Shown: piece after piece, positions 40,701 through 56,832 of the stretch
How the letters are laid out: every line of letters starts with the position of its first letter
Numbering within the stretch: the stretch's first letter is position 1
From: the human T2T-CHM13v2.0 reference genome, Homo sapiens
Direction: 5' to 3' (one strand)
NCBI RefSeq assembly: GCF_009914755.1
Contig: NC_060943.1
Length of the DNA stretch: 64,000 nt
The notes under the pieces: generated by a model
Databases searched by the model: none
Told to the model about the DNA's origin: nothing
The model's input: only the letters and a program-made list of their open reading frames with translations
Made by a program: the position numbers and the translations under genes

Positions 40701-43381
40701 AGGGGGTGACGGGGGAGAGCGTAGAGGGAGGGGGACGACAAAGGCGGAGGGGGATGGGAGGGGGAGCTTAGGGAGTAGAGAAGGGATATGGACAAGGAGA
40801 GGGGTACACTGGGCCAGTGGGGGCGATGGGAGGGGGAGCTGGGGGACACCTTAGGCACCTGCAGTCTCCCGCCCAGCAGATTGGTCTGCGAGGGTGGGGG
40901 TTGCTGTGCCAGAAAGTCAGGATCTTCGAGTCCGAGCTTAAGGTTTCCAGATTTAGAAAAAAAAAATAAAAAAACAGGGCGCCCACTTAAACTTGACTTT
41001 CAGATAAACGAGCAATTTTTTATTATGAGTATGTCCCATTCCGTGTCCTCTACTTTATCCCGCAGCCCTAATCTGGGCTATTGTCGTTCCCCCCCACCCC
41101 CCAATTTACACACCATCTGTCCCTATCCTTTTCGAAAGCTGTGCGGACCCTCGCGGAAGACGCCTTTGTCTCCCGCCTGCCTAGCGCCCCACAGCCCGGC
41201 ATGTGGGGTGTACCCCCGGGCCCCGTCATCCCCTCCCCCAGCCATCTGCCGTCCTCCTGGCCTTGAACAACAGCCTGAAGTCGAGTCCGGGCTAGGCAGG
41301 GGAAAGCGCAAAGGTGCAGCACGCACCCTCGGGGATTTTCTCAGCGCTCCTCACCCCCCACGACCTCCAAACCCTCCGCTATGGGCCTGGCCCTGCCAAG
41401 GCCACATCGCCCCGCGGGTCCCAGACACCCGCACCTTCTCCTTCTCCAGGAACCTCCAGGGCTCTGCTTTCGGGCAGCCTCCCTCACTCTCTGGGCACAA
41501 AAGCACACAGGCACGTAGTAGGTGCTCATGAAAAAAAACATTTGAGGGTGATTTTAGGGAGGCAAGTGCAGGTGAGGGAGTGTTGCATTTCTCGACACGG
41601 ACAACTGCGTCCTCATCCCATGGGGACATATACCCTCTCTGGGCCTTTGTCCCCTCCAACAAAGCAATTTCCCTTTTATCCTTCCCTTTGGTTTCAAAAA
41701 GTGTAAGATAACAAAACACTTTGTTTTGTTATCAAAACAAAATCAAAGGGGGGAAAGGTCAGCCTCCCAGGGGTCCCTGGCCCTGGGCTGCCCCCAGCGT
41801 CTCCCCCAACACTTCCCCAACTTGCCACGTTCGCTTCTTTTACTTATTCGCCATCGGAACGGTGGAACATTTGCGCCTCCGGCCTGGCTTCTGCTCAACC
41901 GGCCAGGAGCTCGGTCCCTGCGGATCATTTTCCCCAGGGGCATATTATTCCGGAAACGGGCTAAGCGGTCCCGGGTTGGGGACACGTCGGCTCCTGTGTT
42001 TTTAGTTTCGCTGGCCTAGGTGACCCCCCTGCAGAAGACGGCTGTGGATCTGCTGTGCCGTGTCTTGGAGGCATTTCTAGGGCGGCTAGCTGGGCAAAGG
42101 GTGGTGCTGTCCCTTTATTTGGAGCTAGGTAGCTCCTGGGGTGGTGCTGGGTCGGGAGCGGCCCTCTCCTCCCATCAGCTAGGACCAAGTTGCACCTGGC
42201 CCCTCATTCCCAGGGGCGGAGAGAGGAGAAGATGAAAGAGCAAGCAAGTTCACACCAGGGCTTGAGGGCAGTGAGAACAGTAAACCAGGGCGACGTGCCC
42301 AGAGAAGGGGCGACTCTAGGGAAGAGGCGACCTTGGATGGAGCCCTGAAGAGCCCTGTGGGAACAGGGGGTGAGGAGAGCCAGGGAAGGGCGATCCCGGC
42401 CCAAGAAACCGCAGATGCAAAGGCTCTGAGGCTGAACCGGTTAGGGGGAGAAGCTGGGCGTGTCCAGAATGTGGTGGGCGGTCCAGGGAGACCGCGGAGG
42501 GATTGGAACAAAGGGTGGGCGTTGTGGGGGGCAGACCGCGTCGGCCTGTGAGGAGTCAGGGTGCTCCTCTTGGTTCAAGAAGAGAAGGGAGGTGGGGGGA
42601 GGGCGGTCATGCGGGACAGGGACGTGACCTGTCACACGGGTGAGGACTGAAGTCTGTGGCTGCGTCAGGGAGAAGGACTGTGGCGGGGACAGGAGGAGCC
42701 GCGGGAGTGGGGAGGATTTTCGGGCTCCACTGGGCGATTGTGGGGTCCACGGGGCGTGGGGGAATCCCCTGATCATGGGTGTCCTTGTCACCTCTGCAGC
42801 CTGACTCTCCTTCACTGTGTCTGACTAAAGCATGGGTCGCAGCCTTCCCCAACAGGGGCGGGAAGTCCCCCCCGGGGAGGGTGTTGGGTGGCACCCCTTG
42901 TCCTCGGCTCCTGCGAACCCATCGGCTCTCTGCCTCCACAGTGCAGACCCGAAGGCCTCCTCCCCTTTGTTCTTTTTCCCTCCACACGGTCACGGTCACA
43001 CCGGCGGCTCCCTCTGAGCGCATCTCACACACAATGGGGGTGGGGGGTGCGCTCCCAGTTTCCCCTCCTCTCAGTATCGGCGTCCCCGAGCCCCGCCCGC
43101 GCCACGGAATCCCGGCCTCCAGACCCCGCCCGGGAAGCTCGTTACCTTTCCAGAGAGGCTCCCCGCCGGGGGGCTGGGGAGGGGGGAGGGCTATTTTTAG
43201 AATGAATGGAAGAAAAGAGAGGAAAAAAAACAAAAAACAAAAACCAGAATGGAGGTTTGTAGAAGCCTCCCTGCTTCCAAGAGGAACCCCCCTCCCTGTC
43301 CCCTGCCTGAAGGTGGCTGAAGGTCCCCACCAAGGCTGAAGGTGGGTGGGGGTTCAGAGACGGGGCGGAGCAGGGGACTTC

Positions 43382-43501
43382 GAGGAGGAACACGGTGGTC
43401 TGAGCTGGAGCCACGCTTTCTGTTGGAGGGGGCAGCTGAAGGAGAACAGCAAGACATATCCGGCGGCCCTACGGACTCGGAGAGCTGGAGGGACCCCGGA
43501 G
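43382..43501 (+). other. KCNN1: Probable KCNN1 distal non-coding first exon (5' start approximate)
   Basis: ATG-free segment after a GC box (GGGGCGG near 43361), ending in donor GAG|GTGGGC; matches my recollection of the KCNN1 mRNA 5' UTR; gene order CCDC124 then KCNN1. Confidence 0.6.
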
Positions 43502-44299
43502 GTGGGCACTTGTCCGTTCGCTGAAGGGAAACTGAGGCTCAGAAAGGGGCTTGGCAGGGCCGAGGTCACGGAAAGGGCTTGCCCCTGGACTTCTCCCTCC
43601 CATCCCCTACCGAGCCAGACCCCGCGAGCCACATTGTTCTAAGGTGGCAGAGTGACCTTCACAACTCTGCCACCCAAGCCCGGGCCAGTCAGGCTCAAGA
43701 GGTTCCTAATCGCGCAGGTTGGGGGGAGGGTGTCACCAGCCCAACAATGAAATAGAGAAGTTTTCTGTGGTTTGGTTCTGGCCACCCAGGCTCCCCCTTC
43801 CTAGCTGGGACCTTCCAGCCCGGTCAACGTCGCCAGCTGCCCGAAGCCTCTGGGTCCCCCGATCCTCCCCAGTGGCGTGGTGGGGAGGCTTTAATTGTCT
43901 GCCTTCCTCTCTCCCTGACTCTCTTCTTTCCCGGAGCTGAGAGAGCGGCCCCCCAGAGTGAGGGGAGCAGCCCTGTTCCGTGCTGCTGGGACACTGGGCC
44001 CTGGCCAGGGGCTTCCGCTCTCCGGGCCTCAGTTTCCCCGTCTGTAAGATGAGCACCTTGGGCCAGAGGCGGCAGAGGGTCCTCCCATCTCTTTGACCGT
44101 CTTCTAAGATTTGCTGTCACGCCCCTGGGTGGAGGGGGGAGAGTGGGCTTTGGCGAGAGACCTGGAGGGGGATTCCATCCCTGCTTTAGAGGAGACGCCT
44201 TGCGGGGGGGAGGGCCCCGGCTGTGGCCGCGACGGACTGCCTCCCTCGGCCTGCGGGGTCCGCGCCCCCTCCCCGGGCGGCGGGGCGGGGCCCAGGTCG

Positions 44300-44430
44300 G
44301 CGGGGAGGGGGTCGGCTCTGCGGCGGCGCGCGCACACCCTCCCGGCTCACACGCCCTTGCCCGGCCGTGCACTTGTCTTCGCGCTCGGGCAGGGCGCAGG
44401 GACTCCGGCTGCGGCGGCCGACTCCGGCCG
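44300..44430 (+). other. KCNN1: Candidate alternative KCNN1 first exon in CpG island (5' start approximate)
   Basis: Very CpG-rich 44200-44600, tandem GC boxes at 44274-44290, consensus donor CCG|GTGAGT at 44431. Confidence 0.5.
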
Positions 44431-46652
44431 GTGAGTGGCAGTGGGGGGCACGGCGGGGAGCGTTCGGTCCCGGCGGCGGTCCCCTTCTCTTTGGTGGGCG
44501 GATTGGTCAAAGCTTGCCCGACTCCGGGAATTCAAAGGGGAGCTGCGGGAGGAGGGGGACATCCCTTCTTCAACCCCCGCCTCCAACACCGATCCCGGGA
44601 GTCAGCTCCTGACCCCACCCCCATGCCCTGTGAGGAGGGGGTTCCTGCTTCCAGGTCTGGGGAAGCGCAGACATCCCCCTCCCTCCGCGAGGTGAAGGTG
44701 GGGACATGGGGATCCTCCACGCCTGCACCCTCCTCAGTGGTGGGGGGAAAGCACCGCTGGTTCCCGTTGCCCCCTCCTCCCTCTCTGTCCCCTCAGGTTT
44801 CTCCCTTTCTCCTTGCGTTGTGGCGGGGATTCCCTGTGCTGGCCAGGCTGCGCAGTAGGAGGGAGCCCCCCACCTGCCAGCCTACTGTGCGCTGGGCTCC
44901 GGGTTCCTGTTCTTTTCCCTAAGCTCCCTCCCTTCCCCCCTCCCCTCTCCCGGACAGGAGGAGGGGCTGAGGCCCAGAGAGGGTTACCACTCGCCCAAGG
45001 TCACCCAGCTGGGCTGGGGCAGAGCAGGTTTCTGGTCAGATCCACGAATCCCGGGACCCAGCTGGGGAGGTCAGCTTTGGGATCCTCTGCCCCCGCCGCC
45101 GTTTAACCCTGAGCGTGGGTTGCCAGGGCCCCAGAACTGGGGGGATTCCTTACTTTCTCCAAGTTTCTCCTCTGGCTAGAGACCCAGACAGGACTGAGCC
45201 AAGAAGCCCCGGCCTCGCTCTCTTCCGGGGCTCCCAGATCTCACCTCCTCTTGTCCCCCGTGTGCCCCCGCTCCCAGCCTCCTCAGGCTGCCCAAGACCT
45301 CATCAAAGGAAATCCCTGGGGGGAGGGGGCTTATAGATGGGGAAGTCAAAGCTTCTGGAGCCACGGAGGAGATAATTTTTACTCCGACGCAGCAACCCGC
45401 TGAGTGACCTTGGACAAGGCCCTGCCCTCCCAAGGCTAGGGTCAGCACCAAGTCCCCCTGGCTGGAACAGGTGGCCCCTGAGCCATCCAAGGTGACCATT
45501 GCCCCGATCCCAGGTCCTGGTGAGAGAAAGGGCAGCTGGGGGTTTCCCCTTCAGTCCTGTTCTGGGGTCTGGCATTGCCCCTGCCCTCCATGGGGTGTCC
45601 TTTTCTGCCCTCTTCTCCAGGATCGGACTTGGGTACCATGTGCTTCTATAAGCCCTCTGCAGACAGCACTAAATAGATGGAGGGAGCACGCCAAGGGAGC
45701 TACAGGCTCCCAGGGCAGCTTCAGAGCTGGGGAGCAAGAGTTCAGCTGCTCTGCCAAGCGAGGTGGTTCACAACTGTAATCCCAACACTTTGGAAGGGCG
45801 AGGCAAGCTCAGGAGTTCGAGACCAGCCTGGGCAACGTACTGAAACCCTGTCTCTACAAAAAATTAAAAAAATTAGCCAGGTGTAGTGGTGCACACTTGT
45901 AGTCCAAGCTACTTGGGGGCCGAAGGTGGGAGGATCGCTTGAGCCCGGGAAGTCAAGGCTGCAGTGAGCCATGTTCATGCGACTGCACTCCAGCCTGGGT
46001 GACAAAATGTCACCTCCCTGAATGTCACCCACCTAGATCTCCCCATGGCGAAGGAACTAGGGGCAATGTGAGGGGGTGAGCAGGAACAGCATTGGGAAAG
46101 ACAGATAAAGCATTCAGTGTCTAGCTTCTGGAGCCCAGTGAAAGGAGGAGTGGCCTTAGGGAGGGGACATGGAAGAGGTGGGGCTAGCCCAGGGCCCCAT
46201 TGGAGTGATAAAGCCACTGTTCTTAAGCTTCCTGAAAGCTTAGGAGATGACCCAGCTCAGCAACACCAAGCCAGAGCGCAGATCTGCTGTAAAGACCATT
46301 GTACGTAATAGGCTGAAGCAGGTGAATCACCTCTGGCCAGGAGTTCAAGTCCAGCCTGGCCAACACAGCAAAACCCCATCTCTACTAAAAATACAAAAAG
46401 TAGCCGGGCATGGTGGCAGGCACCTGTAATCCCAGATGCTTGGGAGGCTGAGGCAGGAGAATTGTTTGAACCCTGGAGGCGGCAGTTGCAGTGAGCTGAG
46501 ATCACATCACTACACTCCAGCCTGGGTGACAGAGCAAGACTCTGTCTCAAAAAAATAAAAAATAAGAAAGACCACTGTAGTCCGGGAGCTGTCTGCACCC
46601 TACTCTTTTGGGTCCCCGCCTCCACCCCGCACCCCCTGTCTGATCATTACAG

Positions 46653-47486
<834 letters not shown>

Positions 47487-47492
47487 CTACTA

Positions 47493-47699
<207 letters not shown>

Positions 47700-48533
47700 T
47701 TATTATTATATCATATATATCATGATGATGATAGCAAGGACTATGCTTTCTAGAGCCTCCGGGGAGTTACTGTCCACTTTCTTTGATCACTGGAGTTGGG
47801 GAAACTATTCAGAGAGGCCAGATGACCTAGAAGTGGGGTGTTGAGCCAGGTTGGAAGAGCTCTGTCCCACCACTCCCGCCCCCGCCCCCCACACACAGCC
47901 TCTACTTCCCGGCTCTCGTGGTCTCGCTGGAGACAGCCCCCAGGGTAGGCCAGCTCTGTGGAAGGCAGCTCCTGTGCTCCTTTCTCCAGTGAACTTTTTT
48001 TTTTTAGTTTTGTTTTGTTTTGTTTTGTTTGTTTGTTTTGAGACAGAGTCTGACTCTGTCGCCCAGGCTGGAGCGCAGTGGCATGATCTTGGCTCACTGC
48101 AACCTCCACCCTCCACCCCACCGGGTTCAAGCGATTCTCCTGCTTCAGCCTCCCAAGTAGCTGGGATTACAGGCATGCGTCACCACGCACAGCTAATTTT
48201 TGTGTTTTCAGTAGAGATGGGGTTTCCCCATGTTGGCCGGGCTGGTCTCGAACTCCTGACCTCAGGTGATCCACCTGTCTTGGCCTCCCAAAGTGCTGGG
48301 ATTGCAGGCGTGAGCCACTGAGCCAGGCCTCCTTGGTGAACACTGACTGACATCCAGGGTCAGCACTAAGCTGCCCATGGGGGTGTGGAGAAAACAGAGG
48401 TGGTGGTCATTTAGTCAATCAACAAACACTGAGCAAGCTAGCTACTGTCTGCCAGGCCCTAGGCTGGATGCTGGGATGCAATAAGGACAAAGGCCAGCCC
48501 AGGTCAGCCCTTGTGGAATTTCATGGGGCATCA

Positions 48534-48689
<156 letters not shown>

Positions 48690-48692
48690 TTA

Positions 48693-48833
<141 letters not shown>

Positions 48834-49179
48834 TCAGAAAGAAAGCGAGAAAGAGAGAAAGGGGGCCAGGTGTGGTGGCTCATGCCTGTAATCCCAGCAC
48901 TTTGGGAGGCCGAGGTGGGCGGATAATGAGGTCTGGGGATAGAGACCATCCTGCATGGTGAAACCCCGTCTCTACTAAATACAAAAAATTAGCCAGGGGT
49001 GATGTCGGGAGTGCCTGTAATCCTAGCTACTCAGGAGGCTGAGGCAGGCAGGAGAATCGCTTGAACCAGGGAGTTGGAGGTTGCAGTGAGCCGAAATTGC
49101 AGCACTGCACTCCAGCCTGGCGACAAAGCGAGACTGTCTCAAAAAACAAAACAAAACAAAACAAAAAAACAAAAAACAG

Positions 49180-49480
49180 AGAAAGGGAGGGAGGGAGGGA
49201 CAGAGGGAGGGAGGAAGGAAGGAAGGAAAGGATGGAGGGAGAGAGAGAAAAAAAGGAGAGGAGAGGGGAGGAGAGGAGAGGGGAGGAGAGGGGAGGAGAG
49301 GAGAGGGGAGGGGAGGGGAGGGGATGGTGGGGAAGGGGAAAGGGAAAGGGAAAGGGGAAAGGGAAAGGGAGAAGAGAGAGAGGGAGGGTAGGAGGGAGGG
49401 AGAGAGAAAAAAAGAAGGAAGGAAAGAAGGAAGGAAGAAAAGAAAGAAGAAAGAGGAAGGGAGGGAGGGAAGGAAGAAAA
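49180..49480 (+). repeat. GA-rich low-complexity tract
   Basis: About 300 nt almost purely purine: GGAG, GGAA, GGAGA and GGGAAA blocks. Confidence 0.95.
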
Positions 49481-49554
49481 TTGTTTTGTATTAGGAAGAA
49501 AATAGAATATGAGGATGTATTAGTGACCAGAGGAGCAGGGAAGCCTCTTGTAAA

Positions 49555-49960
49555 AGTCAGAGAGGCCTCTCTAGGGCAGTGATCATGAGCTGAGACTTGA
49601 AGGAAGAGGAGGAACTGGCCTGCTGACAGCTGGGGGAACAGCATACCCAGCAGAGGGAACCACATGTGCAAAGGTCCTGAGGTGGGAATGAGCTTGGCGT
49701 GTTTGAGGAACAGTGAGGAGGCTGCTGTGGCTGGAACAGAGTGAGTGGGAGAGAGGAGGAAGATGAAGGCAAGATCGGCAGGTAGGAGCCAAGCTACAAG
49801 GAACTCAGCGGCTGCAGTGAGGGTGTGGACTTCAGAGCAATGGGGAACCATGGCAGGTGTGTGAGCAGGGGAGAGGCATGGTCTCAGTTAGGATTTTCAG
49901 AAGCCCTGTGGCTGCTGTGGAGAGCAGGGCAGGAGTGGAGGTGGCAGGAGCCCAGAGTGG
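49555..49960 (-). mobile_element. L2 fragment
   Basis: GAGCTGAGACTTGAAGGA...CAGCAGAGGGAACCACATGTGCAAAGGTCCTGAGG...GCGTGTTTGAGGAACAG...GTGGCTGGAACAGAGTGAG. Confidence 0.8.
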
Positions 49961-50515
49961 AGGCCCAGGAGATGTCTGGTGGTTTCAGCTGGGTTGGTAC
50001 CAGGGTAGAGCCTCAGATGGAAAAAAGTGGGCACATTCTGGGACTGGGTTGGGGATGGAGGATGAAATGTGGCCAGGTTTCCATCTCATGCCAAGTAGCT
50101 ACTGTGAGAGAAGGGAGCACTCATTGTGCTTGGGGAAACCTGGGAAGGCATCCTGGAGGAGGTGCTCTTTGGGCTGAGCCTGGAAGGTCAAGTAGAAGCT
50201 TGCCAGCAGATAAGGCTGGGGTCATGTGGGATCTAACTGCTCAAATGCCAGGGGATCACTGAGCACCCAGAATCTGGGGCAGTATAATCAGATTTGTAAC
50301 CAAGAAAGATCCCTGTAATCCCAGCACTTTGGGAGGCCAAGGTATGAGGATCACTTGAGGACAGGAGTTCAAGAACAGCCTCAGCAACATGGCAAGACCC
50401 CATCTCTACAAAAGGAAAAAAAATAGCTAGGCATGGTAGCACACACGTAGCCCCAGCTACTCAGGAGGCTGAGGTGGGAGGATCACTTGAGGACAGGAGA
50501 TCGAGGCTGCAGTGA

Positions 50516-50997
<482 letters not shown>

Positions 50998-52068
50998 TAA
51001 CCAGGATGGTCTCGATATCCTGACTTCGTGATCCACCCGCCTCGGCCTCCTAAAGTGCTGGGATTACAGGCGTGAGCCACCACGTCCAGCCCTATTTATT
51101 TATTTATTTATTTATTTATTTATTTTGGAGACGGAGTCTTGCTCTGTCGCCCAGGCTGGAGTGCAATGACGTGATCTCGGCTCACTACAACCTCTGCTTC
51201 CCAGGTTCAAGCGATTCTCCTGCCTCCTGCGTCAGCCTCCCGAGTAGCTGGGATTATACGCGTGCGCCACCACACCCAGCTAATTTTTTGTATTTTTAGT
51301 AGAGACGGGGTTTCACCATGTTGGCCACGCTGGTCTTGTTTTTTGTTTTGTTTTGTTTTGTTTTTTTTGAGACAGAGTCTCGCTCTGTCGCCCAGGCTGG
51401 AATGCAATGGTGCGTTCTCAGCTCACTGCAACCTCCGCCTCCTAGGTTCAAGTGATTCTCTGCCTCAGGCTCCTGAGTAGCTGGGATTACAGGCACCTGC
51501 CACCACGCCTGGCTAATTTTTGTATTTTTAATAGAGACGGGGTTTCACCATGTTGGCCAGGCTGGTCTTGAACTCCTGACCTCATGATCCACCCACCTCG
51601 GCCTCCCAAAGTGCTGGGATTACAGGTGTGAGCCACCGCACCCGGTTATATTTTTTCAATTTATTCTTTATTTTAGTAGAGACAGGGTTTCATCATGTTG
51701 CCCAGGCTGGTCTTGAATCCCTGAGCTCAGGCAATCAGCCCAACTTGGCTTCCCAAAGTGCTAGGATTACAGGCATGAGCCATGGGACCCTGTCTCTTAA
51801 AAATAAAAAAATGATTCCCTCTAGGTGGGGGGCTCTGGGGGAGGTTACACCCGAGTGAAAGAGTTCAAGAGGTGCTTTTGAAATAGTCCAGGTCAGCTGG
51901 ACGCGGTGGCTCAGGCCTATAATCCTAGCACTTTGGGAGGCTGAGGTGGGCGGATCACGAGGTCGGGAGTTTGAGACCAGCCTGGCCATCATGGTGAAAC
52001 CCCGTCTCTACTAAAAATACAAAAATTAGCCGAGCGTGATGGTGGGCACCTGTAATCCCAGCTACTCA

Positions 52069-52272
<204 letters not shown>

Positions 52273-52288
52273 CTAGTGCTGAACCTCA

Positions 52289-54056
<1,768 letters not shown>

Positions 54057-55076
54057 GTCCACCTGCGTAGCAAGACATTGGGGTTTGGAGTCAAACCTTT
54101 GCTCCTCTATGGAGCTGCCACAGTGGGGAGAGAGGGGTTCCCTGGAGCAAATTTATGGGATCGGTTGGACCCACTGGATGTGGGGGTGGTAAAGGAAGGA
54201 GGCTAGAGCCTTCTAGCCTGAGCGTGAGGAGGGAGGGGCGCTCATGTCTGAATGGACAGGATGGGACAGTCCCAGGGTGGGGCCGCTGGTGGGCATGACA
54301 GGGGCTCCCTGACAGCCTTGGATGCTTTTTGGGGACTCCTTGCTTATGATGGAGCTGCTACCCTGCCTGCCTGTCACGCCCAGGCTCCCACTTCCTGCTC
54401 TAGGGCTGAGAACACAGCAGGCAGCCCATGGGGAGAACCGGGAAGGATCAGGCCCAGTCCCTCCCCTCCCATCCTGTGCCCCTTTTTCCTCCGTGTTCTG
54501 TCTGCAGGGCCCTTGTGTATTTATCATATCAAAGCCGGTCTTGTCTTCTGGCCTGAAACTGGGAGTCTGGGGGACTTTGTGTGTCTTTACCACCACAGTG
54601 TCCCTGCCTTAGAGTACAAGTCCTGCACACAGGAGGTGCTCAGTAGATGCTGATGGAAGGAATCCCAGGTCCCTGAATCCCGAGAGCTCAGGAACAAGCC
54701 CTCTGCGACACCTGCCCCAGCTCCCACCCTGGTATTCCCACTCCGCTTCCTGCCCCTGCAGTTCCCAGGAGCCCGAGGGAGCCAACACTCCAGATCTTGT
54801 TTTTTTTTTTTCTTTTTGAGATGGTGTCTTGCACTGTCACCCAGGCTGGAGTGCAGTGGCGTGACCTCGGCTCACTGCAACCTCTGCCTTCTGGGTTCAA
54901 GCGATCTTCTGCCTCAGCCTCCCGAGTAGGTGGGATTACAGCGCCACCACGCCTGGCTAATTTTTTGTATTTTTAGTAGAGATGGGGTTTCACTATGTTG
55001 GCCAGGCTGGTCTTGAACTCCTGACCTCATGATCCGCCTGTCTTGGCCTCCCAAAGTGCTGGGATTACAGGCGTGA

Positions 55077-55268
<192 letters not shown>

Positions 55269-56197
55269 TAAGTTTTTTGTATTTTTAGTAAAGACGGGGT
55301 TTCACCGTGTTAGCCAGGATGGTCTCGATCTCCTGACCTCGTGATCCGCCTGCCTCAGCCTCCCAAAGTGCTGAGATTGCAGGAGTGAGCCACTGCACCC
55401 GGCCACCTTTTTTTTTTTTTTTGAGATAGAGTCTCACTCTGTCGCCCAGGCTGTAGTGCAGTGGCACAGTCTTGGCTCACTGCAACCTCCACCTCCCAAG
55501 TTCAAGCGATTCTCCTGCCTCTCAGCCTCCCAAGTAGCTGGGATTACAGTTGCCCACCAACACACCCGGCTAATTTTTTGTATTTTTGGTAGAGACAGGG
55601 TTTTGCCATGTTGGCCAGGTTGGTCTCGAACTCCTGACCTCAGGTGATCTGCCCTCTTTGTCCTCCCGAAGTGCTGAGATTATAGGCATGAGCCACCACA
55701 CCCAGCTCAAATGATTTCTCTTCTAAGAGACTTCCCTGACCACCCTAACTCAAGTCTCCCTGTCCTCGTTCTTAGTTCTTTCAACTTTTTTGGATCTCTT
55801 CCTGATACTTCTGATACTTTTTTTTTTTTTTTTGTGAGATAGGGTCTTGCTTTGTTGCCCAGGCTGGAGGGCAGAGGCATGATCACAGCTCACTGTGGTC
55901 TCCACCTCCTGGGCTCGAGCGATCTTCCTGCCTCAGCCGCCCGAAGGAGCTGGGACTACGGGCACATGGCTCCACGCCTAGCTAATTTTTAAAAAATTTT
56001 TGTAGAGACAGGGTCTCGCTATGTTGCCTAGGCTGGACAGTACTTTTGTGTATCTAAAATTCTCAGTTTTATTTCCCTCTTTGGAGAGGGTTGTCCCCCT
56101 CTTCTAGAAAGCCAGCTTCAAGAGGGGCACGGTTTGTATCTCTCTAGGGTGCTGCATTCCCCAGCACCAGGCTCAGAGAAGGGGCTATGTGGATATG

Positions 56198-56262
56198 TGA
56201 ATGAATGAATGAATTAGTGAATGAATGAATGAATCAGTGAATAAATAAATGGCTGAATGAGT
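56198..56262 (+). repeat. (GAAT)n simple repeat, typical L2 3' tail
   Basis: GAATGAATGAATGAATTAGTGAATGAATGAATGAATC following L2-like sequence. Confidence 0.85.
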
Positions 56263-56808
56263 GAATATCTTACCCTTGCCATCCTGACACTCACTGGGGC
56301 CCAGGTTCCAGCTTCCATCCGGGCAGTCCGGGCTGGGTCCAAGATTTCAGTGGATGCACCTGTGGAGGGGTGCTGGGGATGGAGGTGTAGGGAGATGCTC
56401 GTGTGGCCAGGCCACTCCCTGCTCCGGCCACTACCTTTGTGTCCCTGAGCTCCTGTGAACGTCTTCCAGTTCTCTTGCACCCAGACCCTTAGACACTGCC
56501 CAGAGACCAGAGGCCCAGCCCTCAGGCCCCCTGCGGAGGGGCTTGCTCTCCAGCCGCCTCCACCATGCTTGACGTTTGCAGAGGACACAGCCTGTGCGCA
56601 AGGCAGTTTCCCAGGGCATGAGTCCCGGGGGCGTCTTGGCTGCCTGACAGGCTCACTTGCAGGCTTCTTGGGTCTCTTCCAGCCAACCATGGGCTGATGA
56701 GAGGCTCTGCCTGGAACGGAGACCCAGACAGCCCCCACCAGAAGTCCCACCTCCATCCAACCTTGACTCCCATTCATGCTGCCAACCTTGTCTCTGAGGG
56801 GTGGGATT

Positions 56809-56832
56809 CCAGCAGGTGGCAGGACTGACTCA
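56809..56832 (+). promoter_or_regulatory. Candidate CTCF site with adjacent AP-1 site
   Basis: CCAGCAGGTGGCAG 56809-56822; TGACTCA 56826-56832. Confidence 0.5.

Noticed and set aside
45441-45460. REST/NRSE site for neuronal KCNN1
   Set aside because: Only the TCAGCACC half is present; no correctly spaced GGACAG half. I found no full NRSE by eye.
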